A program made the translations under genes and the position numbers. Positions 28,404 through 37,461 of a stretch of DNA of 64,000 bases are shown piece by piece. The stretch lies in the IMG/VR virus record IMGVR_UViG_3300037088_000771, positions 77 to 64,076 of that record; one strand, written 5' to 3'. The number at the start of each line of letters is the position of its first letter. The first letter of the stretch is position 1. A model generated the notes under the pieces. It ran no database searches, was not told where the DNA came from, and worked only from the letters and a program-made list of their open reading frames with translations. The stretch is from a virus. Its lineage: Duplodnaviria; Caudoviricetes.

Positions 28404-28757
28404 ATGAAAAAATATCTCTTTGTAGGCGAAGAAAGAAGTGAAATGGCAAAAAAAATGAATGTCACATGGGTTGACAAACGTTTATGTGCTGGTCATCTTT
28501 CCAAAGCAGTTGAAGCAATAGGAATCGATTGGAGTGAATGTGCCTTTAAAAACGTTTTTGAAGACGATATTAACGAGATCAGGACTTTTGAAGGAGTAGT
28601 TATAGCAATGGGAAGAAAGGTGGAGAGAGAGCTTAAAAAGGAGCAAATAAAGCATGAATTCATTTATCACCCAGCAACGAGAGGAACTGTAAGAATTATT
28701 GAAAATTATAAAGCACACGTGAAAGAACAAATAGCACACATAGTAACGCCAGAATAA
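28404..28757 (+). CDS. uracil-DNA glycosylase-like fold protein
   Basis: LFVGE...VIAMG...HPA motif pattern. Confidence 0.45.
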   Translation: MKKYLFVGEERSEMAKKMNVTWVDKRLCAGHLSKAVEAIGIDWSECAFKNVFEDDINEIRTFEGVVIAMGRKVERELKKEQIKHEFIYHPATRGTVRIIENYKAHVKEQIAHIVTPE

Positions 28758-28821
28758 CTTTAATTGGTAGAGTGCCTGATTCGTATTCAGGGGGTTGCGG
28801 GTTCGAATCCTGTTTCTGGCT
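28748..28821 (+). tRNA. tRNA-Thr(CGT)
   Basis: cctga-ttCGTat-tcagg. Confidence 0.88.
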
Positions 28822-28833
28822 CAAAGAATAAAT

Positions 28834-28917
28834 GCCGATATCGCATAGTGGTCGATTGCACCGGTTTTGTAAACCGGATGGTAAAACGCATCGGGGGTTC
28901 GAATCCCTCTATCGGCT
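28834..28917 (+). tRNA. tRNA-Thr(TGT), long variable arm
   Basis: ccggt-ttTGTaa-accgg. Confidence 0.88.
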
Positions 28918-29153
28918 CAAATTTTAAATTAAATTATCATGGACAAAATGCCAAGTGAAAATCATGAAGAAAAGTTTCTGAAGAAACTTCAATCAAGAGC
29001 AAAAAAGTTTGTTGATCTAACACCTTATTTTATAAAAGTTGCAATTGTCACAATAATTGTGTTTCTTTGCTCAATGTTTGTGTGGTATAGTGTCATGAGA
29101 CCCGACCCAAGCAAACCAGTAATTGAAAACATTATTGATCAATTTAAAAAGAA

Positions 29154-29705
29154 ATGAGCAAAAGAGAAATTAGAAAAAACAAAGTTCCACACGAATTCTT
29201 CATAACAAAAGGATTTGGTACAGATGCTTATGAAAAACACGCAGGTGCTTATCACATGGCTCTTTACGATGCTGGGATTGCAAATTTTAACATCCAGACA
29301 TATAGTTCAGTACTATCACCAAATGCTGAGTTACTTTCTCTTGATGAAATTGATCTTGACGATTATGGAAGTGAAATGAAATGCATAATGTCTTGTGAAT
29401 TTGGAGAATTTGGTGAATATATCAGCGCAGGTATTGCTTACGCATGGATGTATAAGGATGAAAATTTCGACAAGAAATTTGGCGGATTGGTTTGTGAAGT
29501 TCATGGAAAATTCGCAATTGATATGCTCGAAGAAAGACTCTATTTGGTTTTAAGTAATTTATTTGAAAAGACTTATAAAAACCAAGGATTATTTCTGGGA
29601 GAACCACAGCTAATGACACAAGGTGGTTCAGTACCAAACAACATAAGATACGGATGCGCACTGGTTTCAATGTGCTTTGTAAATTATGAAATAATTGAAA
29701 AATAA
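29154..29705 (+). CDS. pyruvoyl-dependent arginine decarboxylase
   Basis: VP..FF.T.G.G...AL.DAGI.NFNI..YSSV cleavage motif; GLVCE. Confidence 0.85.
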   Translation: MSKREIRKNKVPHEFFITKGFGTDAYEKHAGAYHMALYDAGIANFNIQTYSSVLSPNAELLSLDEIDLDDYGSEMKCIMSCEFGEFGEYISAGIAYAWMYKDENFDKKFGGLVCEVHGKFAIDMLEERLYLVLSNLFEKTYKNQGLFLGEPQLMTQGGSVPNNIRYGCALVSMCFVNYEIIEK

Positions 29706-29707
29706 TT

Positions 29708-29779
29708 GCCCCTATAGTACAACGGATAGTACAGAGGTCTTCTAAACCACGGATTGGGGTTCGATTCCCCGTAGGGGTA
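29708..29779 (+). tRNA. tRNA-Arg(TCT)
   Basis: Loop ctTCTaa; D loop with A20. Confidence 0.88.
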
Positions 29780-29793
29780 CTAAAAAATAATAA

Positions 29794-30042
29794 ATGAGAA
29801 CTGTAATTTGTACGAAATGTAACGAAGTAATTGCAGTACCAGATCATCAAGATTTTGTGATCTGCTGTAATGAAGTAATTTATGCACCTTATGAAAAAGA
29901 TGTTGATATTTTCTTTAATGAATTATCAAATCCTTCTAAACCCAATGAAGCACTGAAAAAAGCTGCAACACGATATAAAAAACGAACTGATGAAACACAC
30001 AATTGTGAAAATGAAACACCCGATGGTGTATGTCGAAAATAA
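29794..30042 (+). CDS. Zn-finger protein with DUF1778/TacA-like C-terminal motif
   Basis: CTKC..CC, then DIFFNELSNPSKPNEALKKAATRY. Confidence 0.55.
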   Translation: MRTVICTKCNEVIAVPDHQDFVICCNEVIYAPYEKDVDIFFNELSNPSKPNEALKKAATRYKKRTDETHNCENETPDGVCRK

Positions 30043-30366
30043 AAAAGAATTTACAATGGAAGGTTATGCCTTTCTTGACGAAACAGGAAATACAATCATA
30101 ATTGTGTATGGAGAAGGACGCAGAGACGACATGGACAAGTATTTAACTAATGATGGCGATTTAATTAATATCAAATATAAAATTATTGATTTATGTCAAA
30201 AGCAAGAGTTGTTATAACGGTTGAAAGAGAAAAAGAATTTACCAATGAAGAAGTTAAAGAAATAATGGAAGACATTAAAGCAAGACTTCAAGGACATTTT
30301 ACTAAAACAATTGAACCGTTAAAGACTGCAAGTTTGAATATTGGTTATGAAAAAGTAAATTAACAT

Positions 30367-30438
30367 GCTCCCATAGTATAATGGATAGAATTGGGGTTTC
30401 CTAAACCTTAGATTCGGGTTCGATTCCCGATGGGAGTA
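30367..30438 (+). tRNA. tRNA-Arg(CCT)
   Basis: ggggt-ttCCTaa-acctt. Confidence 0.88.
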
Positions 30439-30653
30439 CTAAGAATAAATAAAATGATTGACTTTTCAAAAATGACACCTGAATTATATAAAAAAGTTCA
30501 GAACACAAGAGTGACGGTTGAAAGAATAAAAAGAGAAGTTGCAATGCTTAGATTTGATGACGATTATACTGAAGAATGTGAAGAAGAAATCAAAGCATTA
30601 AGCGAAAAATGTAAAGAATTTGATGAATTTTTAAAAGAATATGAAATATAAAT

Positions 30654-30726
30654 GCCTTTGTAGTTCAATGGATAGAACGGGAGTCTTCGAAACTCCTTGT
30701 TGCGGGTTCGACTCCTGCCAAGGGTA
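30654..30726 (+). tRNA. tRNA-Arg(TCG)
   Basis: ggagt-ctTCGaa-actcc. Confidence 0.9.
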
Positions 30727-30905
30727 CAAAAAACCCCAATAATTGGGGTTTATAACACAATAAAAAGTAATGAAAACACGTAAAATAGATTATAAATCAA
30801 AAAAGTGGTTACAAGGATTAGAAAAGGTACGTAAGCAAAACGAATTACTGTCTGAACAATCAAAACCCGATACTCAGAAAATGAGAAAAAGGTTTACAAT
30901 ATAAT

Positions 30906-30979
30906 GCTCTCATGGCGCAACTGGATAACGCACCACGCTACGAACGTGGAGATTGGGGGTTCGAATCCCTCTGGGGGTA
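30906..30979 (+). tRNA. tRNA-Arg(ACG)
   Basis: ccacg-ctACGaa-cgtgg. Confidence 0.9.
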
Positions 30980-31770
30980 CTAAAGTTTTAAAATGACTAA
31001 AGATAGTGAACTTGATATCTTGACTGATTTTTTACTTGATTGGAGTAAAGCAAATGATTTTTCAATAGTTTTACCAAACTGTGATGATGAAGATAAGATA
31101 ATCGATTTTATAAACATTAACTTGAAAACAAAAACTATTTATATCGGTGAATTAGGTATTGAAGAACTGTTAACTGAAGTTGGATAATTTTAATTAAAAT
31201 TGTATATTATGGAAACTGAAAAAGGTTGGGTCAATATTCACATTGACGTTTACACAAAGAAACTATTTATTTCTAATCATCCTTACCCAAGTAAAGAAGA
31301 AGCCGAAAAAGGTATCTTCATTGGCGGGACAATTGAAAAAGTAGGATGTTTTGAAATTGAATATACTAAACTACCTTCTCCTAATGAGACGTTTAAAAAT
31401 GCAAAGATAAATGAAAATTAAAACTAAAAATATGAAGTATCTCAACACATCGTAATTACCATTCTTGCTATGGTAAATTGCGATTGAAATGTTATTTAGA
31501 CAAACAAAAAAGCAAGAAAAGCTGGAACTCGTAAAAGATGATGCATATTACAGAAAGCATCCGAAAATTATGAGACTTTGGTTTGTGGAAATCACGTCTA
31601 CGGATAGTGAAATCCAAAAGTTTTACGTTAGTGCCATGACTCAATTTGATGCCTATGAAAAGGCTGATGGTTACAAGTATTGGCTTGCTGACGAAAGACT
31701 TAAAAATAAGTTGAGTACTTTTAGGCTAATGCCTTAAAGGATTAAAATTGCAGGGGAAACTCTGCAACAT

Positions 31771-31842
31771 GTGTCAGTAGTTTAATTGGATAGAACAGCT
31801 TCCAGACGGTTGCTTGTGAGGGTTCAAGTCCCTTCTGATACA
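31771..31842 (+). tRNA. tRNA-like gene with degenerate anticodon arm
   Basis: Good acceptor gtgtcag/ctgatac, D and T arms; mismatched anticodon arm gcttccagacggttgc. Confidence 0.55.
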
Positions 31843-31894
31843 CTAAAATAAAAAAATTCTTTCATGATTGCATAATTATAACTATATTTGCAGT

Positions 31895-32287
31895 ATGAAT
31901 ACAGATTTAAAAGGTGAACATTGTGAATATATTGCAGTACTTCGATTAATGAAAGCTGGGTATATTTTATCGAGACCAGTCAATAAATGTAGATATGATC
32001 TAATTGCTGATGACAGAAAAGGTCATTTACTAAGAGTGCAAGTAAAAACAGCAAACGTTAAAAAAAATTATATTGAGTTTAGAACAGCATCGGTTTCTAA
32101 GAGTGGTCATAAACAATATACCAGCGATGAAATTGATTACTTTGCTGTGGTTGAAATAGAAACTGAAAACGTATATATTATTGATGTTAAAGAATGTTCG
32201 AAAGAAACACAAAGATTACGAATTACCAATCCATTAAATAATCAAAAAAAATGCATATTATTTGCAAAAGATTTTTTGCTGGAATAA
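31895..32287 (+). CDS. PD-(D/E)xK homing endonuclease (group I intron-associated family)
   Basis: KGE..E...RYDLI.D...RVQVKT...Y..DEIDYF. Confidence 0.85.
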   Translation: MNTDLKGEHCEYIAVLRLMKAGYILSRPVNKCRYDLIADDRKGHLLRVQVKTANVKKNYIEFRTASVSKSGHKQYTSDEIDYFAVVEIETENVYIIDVKECSKETQRLRITNPLNNQKKCILFAKDFLLE

Positions 32288-32293
32288 CAACAT

Positions 32294-32368
32294 GCGAGAT
32301 TAGCTCAGTGGTAGAGCAGGAACTTGCCAAGTTTCAGGTCGAGAGTTCAAATCCCATATCTCGCTCCA
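32294..32368 (+). tRNA. tRNA-Gly(GCC)
   Basis: ggaac-ttGCCaa-gtttc; U73-CCA. Confidence 0.88.
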
Positions 32369-32484
32369 AATAGATGTGTAACATGGCATAGACCTACCCC
32401 ACATATCGACAATTCTTGTTCAATTTATGCCCTTTGTTCACGGAACTTGAACAAACGCATAAATTGAACAGATTTGATTATCAA

Positions 32485-32922
32485 CTACTTAGAAGATTTT
32501 AAATATTCAATTGCATTCATTAACACTTCTTCACTCTCCTTTAATTTACCAATTGCTGAATTGCAATCTGGACATAAAAGACCTCTAACTTTTCGAGTTT
32601 TGTGATCATGATCAACATATAAACCGCTTACAGTACCTAATGGTTTTGGTGTTTTACAGATTGCACATTTTCCTTCCTGAGAATTATAAAATTGAATATA
32701 TTCATCATAAGTTATATTGTAACGAGTTTTAAGCATTCTAACCAGTGCTGCTTTTGCATCATAAGGTTTTATTACTCTTGGTTTTCTTGGCTTGGGGACA
32801 TATCTATTAAGATTTGCTTCTGCTTCACATTCTTTACACCAAGATTGACGACCTCTTTTCAGACCTTTTCTTTCTCTGAAGCATTCTTCGTCTTTATCTT
32901 TTTTACATTTTGTACAATACAT
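32485..32922 (-). CDS. endonuclease VII-family homing endonuclease
   Basis: Q.GKCAIC...VDHDH.T..VRGLLC..CN..IG. Confidence 0.9.
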   Translation of the reverse strand: MYCTKCKKDKDEECFRERKGLKRGRQSWCKECEAEANLNRYVPKPRKPRVIKPYDAKAALVRMLKTRYNITYDEYIQFYNSQEGKCAICKTPKPLGTVSGLYVDHDHKTRKVRGLLCPDCNSAIGKLKESEEVLMNAIEYLKSSK

Positions 32923-33008
32923 AATTTAAATTCATTATAAATAGTATAATTTTTGAACAAATAACAATTTTGAACAAATATTTTATTACATTTGCATAAA
33001 TTTCAAAG

Positions 33009-33277
33009 AATAACAAAGAGGATTCATCGCTTGTTGACCTTCGGGATTATGCCTTCGGGCAGACAACAAGAGGAAGTTCAGAACACCATTGCTAACTGCG
33101 GGAGGCTGTGTCTAAGTTAAGCCAAACTCGAAAGAGTAGGACTTTTTTTCGGCAGCCGTTACCACCGCACAGGGTGCAACTTAAACAGACTTAGAGGGAA
33201 AGCAACTCTATGATAGTCGGGTTAAGGCATAGATAAATGATGAAATAAAACAAAATTCTGGCTACGCTCATGTTATT
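33009..33277 (+). ncRNA. rnpB: RNase P RNA (minimal, phage-encoded)
   Basis: P1 aataaca..gag/ctc.tgttatt; P2 ttcatcg/tgatgaa; P3 cttgttg/caacaag; CR-I gaggaagttcagaacacc; CR-IV agataaatgat; CR-V acaaaattctggctac. Confidence 0.8.
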
Positions 33278-33337
33278 TTTTGATTTTTTGTAACTTATAT
33301 CAATTCTTTTTCGTATAATTGCAAAACAATTTAAAGT

Positions 33338-33799
33338 ATGACAAACTTTCTATTCAATGACGGTGGCAGAATGTCTGCTGGTTTTAAAGGACAAACAGGT
33401 GATTGCGTTACACGTGCAATTACAATCGTTACACAGAAACCATATCAAGAAGTCTATGACGCAATGAATGAACTCAGCAAAAACGAAAAGTTGGGTTACA
33501 GAAAAGAAAAAAGCATGTATGGCACTAAATATGTAAAAGTAAGTGCTGCCCGAACAGGTGTTGTAAAAAAAGTCTATGATAAATATCTCAAAGAACTTGG
33601 ATATACATGGAAAGCAACAATGGGAATCGGTACTGGCTGCAGAGTTCATCTTTTAAAAGAAGAATTACCAGCAGGTAGAATCATTGCCAGTCTTTCAAGA
33701 CACTTGGTTGCAGTTATTGATGGTGTGATTAATGACACACACGATTGTTCAAGAGACGGTAAAAGATGTGTTTATGGATATTATATAAAAGAATCATGA
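33338..33799 (+). CDS. conserved phage protein (GDCVTRAI family)
   Basis: DGGR..GDCV.RAI...HL.AVIDG...DT.D. Confidence 0.7.
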   Translation: MTNFLFNDGGRMSAGFKGQTGDCVTRAITIVTQKPYQEVYDAMNELSKNEKLGYRKEKSMYGTKYVKVSAARTGVVKKVYDKYLKELGYTWKATMGIGTGCRVHLLKEELPAGRIIASLSRHLVAVIDGVINDTHDCSRDGKRCVYGYYIKES

Positions 33800-33976
33800 C
33801 AGCAGAAAGCAAATTGAGAAAGGTCGCTAAGAAACTCCATTGGGGTAGAGGCGGTGGTTTTTTAAAAAGTTATGGTAAAGGCATTAAGCGTCTGGATTTC
33901 TTCAATGCATCACAAAGACAAGCAATAAAAAAAGAAACACGTAACGAAATTAATAACGAAATTTAGAAATAAAAAA

Positions 33977-34357
33977 ATGGAAACAAATCCGAAATTATTC
34001 GCAATAGCCGATACCCTGTCGAAACTGACAGTATTAGAAGCAAAAGAATTGGTTAATATTCTTGAAAACGACTATGGCATCAAACCCGCTAATGTATCTG
34101 TACCTGTTGGAATAGTGCCAACAGTTGAAGTTGTTATCCCAGAACAGACTGAATTCGATGTTTATTTGAAAGAAGTTGGTGGACAGAAACTGCAGATAAT
34201 CAAAAAAACTAAAGAATTAAGAAATTTAACTCTCATTGAAGCAAAAACATTAGTTGAGAGTGCTCCATGTAAAATATTGGAAAAAGCATCAAAAGAAAAT
34301 GCAACATTGTTTAAAACCGAATTAGAAATTTTTGGTGCAGTAATTGAAATAAGATAA
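33977..34357 (+). CDS. rplL: ribosomal protein bL12 (L7/L12)
   Basis: LTVLEAKELV..LE..YGI N-domain; EQTEFDV.L...G..KL..IK...L.EAK.LVESAP C-domain. Confidence 0.9.
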   Translation: METNPKLFAIADTLSKLTVLEAKELVNILENDYGIKPANVSVPVGIVPTVEVVIPEQTEFDVYLKEVGGQKLQIIKKTKELRNLTLIEAKTLVESAPCKILEKASKENATLFKTELEIFGAVIEIR

Positions 34358-35491
34358 CAATGAGTAAAGAACTTTGGGAAATATTAGTACCTGCATCCAA
34401 TAATAAGGAGAAAGAATTTACCTATGAGCATCACAAGGCATGGGATACATTCGTAAAAGACCTTACTGGTGGTGTAACAATCATGAAAACTGCAAAAGGT
34501 CAGTGGGTAAGTCCTACTGGTGAATTATATATTGACAGGATGATTCCTTGCAGGATTGCATGCACCAGACACGAAATATTTCAGATAATTAAATTCACAA
34601 TGGAACATTATTCTCAGGAAGCAATTATGGCATTTAAAATCAGTGATGAAGTGATTATTGCACACAAAGATAATTTTCCTGAAGAATATCCAATGCCTGA
34701 ACTTCCACACTTTATGCAAGGCGTATATCAATACACCGACAATTGGGGAAGACGTGTGTATAAAAACGGAGCAGGTCAATTAGGTTTATTAGGTTAAATT
34801 TAAAATAAATAATCATGGGCATGTTTAGTGAAGCAAACGCAAGTGCAAATGCAGAACAATTAGAAAAAATTATTCTGGATTTAATGAAAGGTGATCGTTG
34901 GTCAGATTGCAGAAGTGCAGCCAGAGGCGTTGCAAAAGAAAAATTATATTCTTGGTATCTCAGTGAATGCTCAGAAGCATTTGAAAAACCAAATCCCGAA
35001 ATTGTAAAAGAATTCGGAAACGAAAAATAAGATGACATGGATATGCAAAGTATTTTAACAGATTTTCTTCACTATCTATATGAAAACGATATTGATATTC
35101 GTGATGAAAAATATGACTGGCAATTTCTCACCAAGGATTTTCTCGATAAAGGTGGATATGCCAATATGACAAAAGCAGAACTGAAAAGAGCGTTAAAACT
35201 AATTAATTATAAAGAAAATAATAATATGAAACTATATCTTTTCGACCCAAATGATTGGGGCATGCGATTTTTCGTAATGGCAGAAAATAAAATTGAGGCA
35301 CATAAATATCTTTTGGCATTTATTCAAAGCAAAATAGATGACCCTATGGAAAATACCTATAAAGATATGAATGAAGAAGATTTAGAAATATGGAAAAATG
35401 TTAATCCATTGGATGCAAATTCATTTCCACAAAAATATTCTTTAAAAGAATTTGAAGCAGGAACTGTTAAAGAATCAGAATTGGCTTAATT

Positions 35492-35581
35492 GGAGAGTTG
35501 GGTGAGTTGGCTTAAACCACCAGTTTGCTAAACTGACGTGCGGGGTAACCCGCACCGAGGGTTCGAATCCCTCACTCTCCG
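35492..35581 (+). tRNA. tRNA-Ser(GCT)
   Basis: Loop ttGCTaa; long arm; G73. Confidence 0.92.
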
Positions 35582-35586
35582 CAGAC

Positions 35587-35676
35587 TGCGGATTAGAGAA
35601 GTTGGTCTATCTCACTGGTCTCATAAGCCAGAACTCCCATAAGGGGTCAGGGGTTCGAATCCCTTATCCGCTACCA
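35587..35676 (+). tRNA. tRNA-Met(CAT), initiator-like, long variable arm
   Basis: ctggt-ctCATaa-gccag; U1xU72 mismatch; CCA. Confidence 0.8.
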
Positions 35677-36714
35677 AAGAAATTCCAACATGAAAAATTT
35701 TCAATCTTTTTGTAACTTTTACTTATTTATATACGTATAAGTAGAAAATTAAGAATTATGAAAAACCAGTTGAAAGTTGAAATTACAGAAATGTTTGTTG
35801 CAAAACCTGATAAAGACAGGATTTATTTCGGCTGCATTAAAAGAAGCAGAAACGAAAAAGGCGAAATGAATCTTTTTAGTCGTATTGCTATGCCCGATGG
35901 CGGTGTATTGTGTGCAAATGAAACTGATCAGTTAATTCTTGCAAAAAATCTTAATAGCATGGCGATTATGATACTTGATAAAAACATTCATAATGATACT
36001 GGTAAATCAGTAATATTAGAATATCCGAATCATTTTACCATACCATTTTCATATGATTTCAACAGAATGTTTTTAAATTAGATGAAAGATTTTGAACTTC
36101 TTAAACGTACTTACCCTGTTTCCGAATGCCCACGTATTTGTGATGGATATTTTTATATTATAATAAATAGCACTCCAGAAGAAAGAAAGGAGTGGGGTAT
36201 TGATGTGAATGAATTACAAAGAACAATAACAACTGGTGAAAAGTACATTTATCAGGTAGCAAAAGAAAACGGAGAATTTAAAACAATGTGTTTGTGTTTT
36301 ACAAACTATGCAATAATAAGGAAGAGAATATTTAAATTGGAGGACGAATAAAATGGAAGAAGAATTAAACATAATAAAAGAAAAAATTAATTCACTGCCT
36401 GTGACTACCATACCTGTAAATTATTGGGAAGATAAAAAATATAAACCATATACCGTTAAATTGGTAAAGTTGGATGATGTTTTGAAGATACTTCAATTAA
36501 TAAAAAACTTAGAATTAGAATGAAAGCACTTGTTAAAATTAATGTAAGAAAAGAGTTACCATTAGAATTACAAACGGTAACCACCGATGTTGGTGAATGC
36601 TATTACAGTCATGTTCATTTACAATGGTTTCATGCTGAAAATAACATGCCTTTTGATGTAAATGAAACGAAACCTCATACATGGGAGAAACTGGTTAGAG
36701 CAGTAGAATAAAAC

Positions 36715-36788
36715 GCTTCCGGGGCTGGGTGGCAAAAGGCATTGGTCTCTAAAACCAATTTGTGCAGGTTCGATTCCTGTCGGAAGTA
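36715..36788 (+). tRNA. amber suppressor tRNA (CTA)
   Basis: ttggt-ctCTAaa-accaa; acceptor gcttccg/cggaagt; T arm gcagg-ttcgatt-cctgt. Confidence 0.85.
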
Positions 36789-36894
36789 CAAAAATAAATG
36801 AAGAATAATTTGGAAATTAAAAAACTTTGACTAATTTTGTATCTCAATAGTATTTATAAGTCTACAGAGTAATATTAATTAACAAAGAAAAACG

Positions 36895-37281
36895 ATGAAA
36901 AACAAAATTTTGATGGATGGTGGCACTGGCTTAATGTAGGTTAAGTTAGTAACAGTCACAAGAAAAGACCTTACTGCAGGTTATCAACTCGTCCAGTCAG
37001 GACACGCAATTGCTGAATTCGTTCAGCAGTTTCCCGACAAATTTGCTGAATGGAAACAGCAATCCAATTATCTTATTTCGTTATCTGTCGATAACGAAGA
37101 AAAACTTCAAAGACTATTTTACAAATTACAGGACAATGGTGCTGATGTCGTTGCATTCACAGAACCCGACATTAACGATCAGTTGACCAGTATTTGCTAT
37201 TATGGTACGCCTGAAATGCGCAAGCATACAGATAAGTTAGACTTAGCTCTTAGTGAAGTTGAAGTCGCAACTAATAATTAA
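36895..37281 (+). CDS. PTH2-family peptidyl-tRNA hydrolase with in-frame TAG at codon 15
   Basis: MKNKILMDGGTGLM*VKLVTVTRKDLTAGYQLVQSGHAIAEF...LSVDNEEKL...FTEPDINDQLTSI; absent from the ORF track. Confidence 0.8.
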
Positions 37282-37461
37282 ACTCGCAACTAAATTTTAA
37301 AGCCATGAAACATTTATAGATGACAACCAGACCCCCGTAATGATGTGAGGTTTACCAGATTCGCAATTCGCAAATTGCGAATCGAAAATTGGCAATTACT
37401 CAGTGAGAACCAGTTTTAAATAAAAACTAAAATTAATTATTAAAATTTAATACACATTATT

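Noticed and set aside
31411-31491. Leader MKIKTKNMKYLNTS*LPFLLW*IAIE in frame with ORF 31489 as another read-through sensor
   Set aside because: It would need two TAA read-throughs, and the downstream gene has its own ATG.
31895-32287. Group I intron around the intron-associated endonuclease
   Set aside because: No intron core is visible, and the gene sits free-standing between two complete tRNA or tRNA-like genes.
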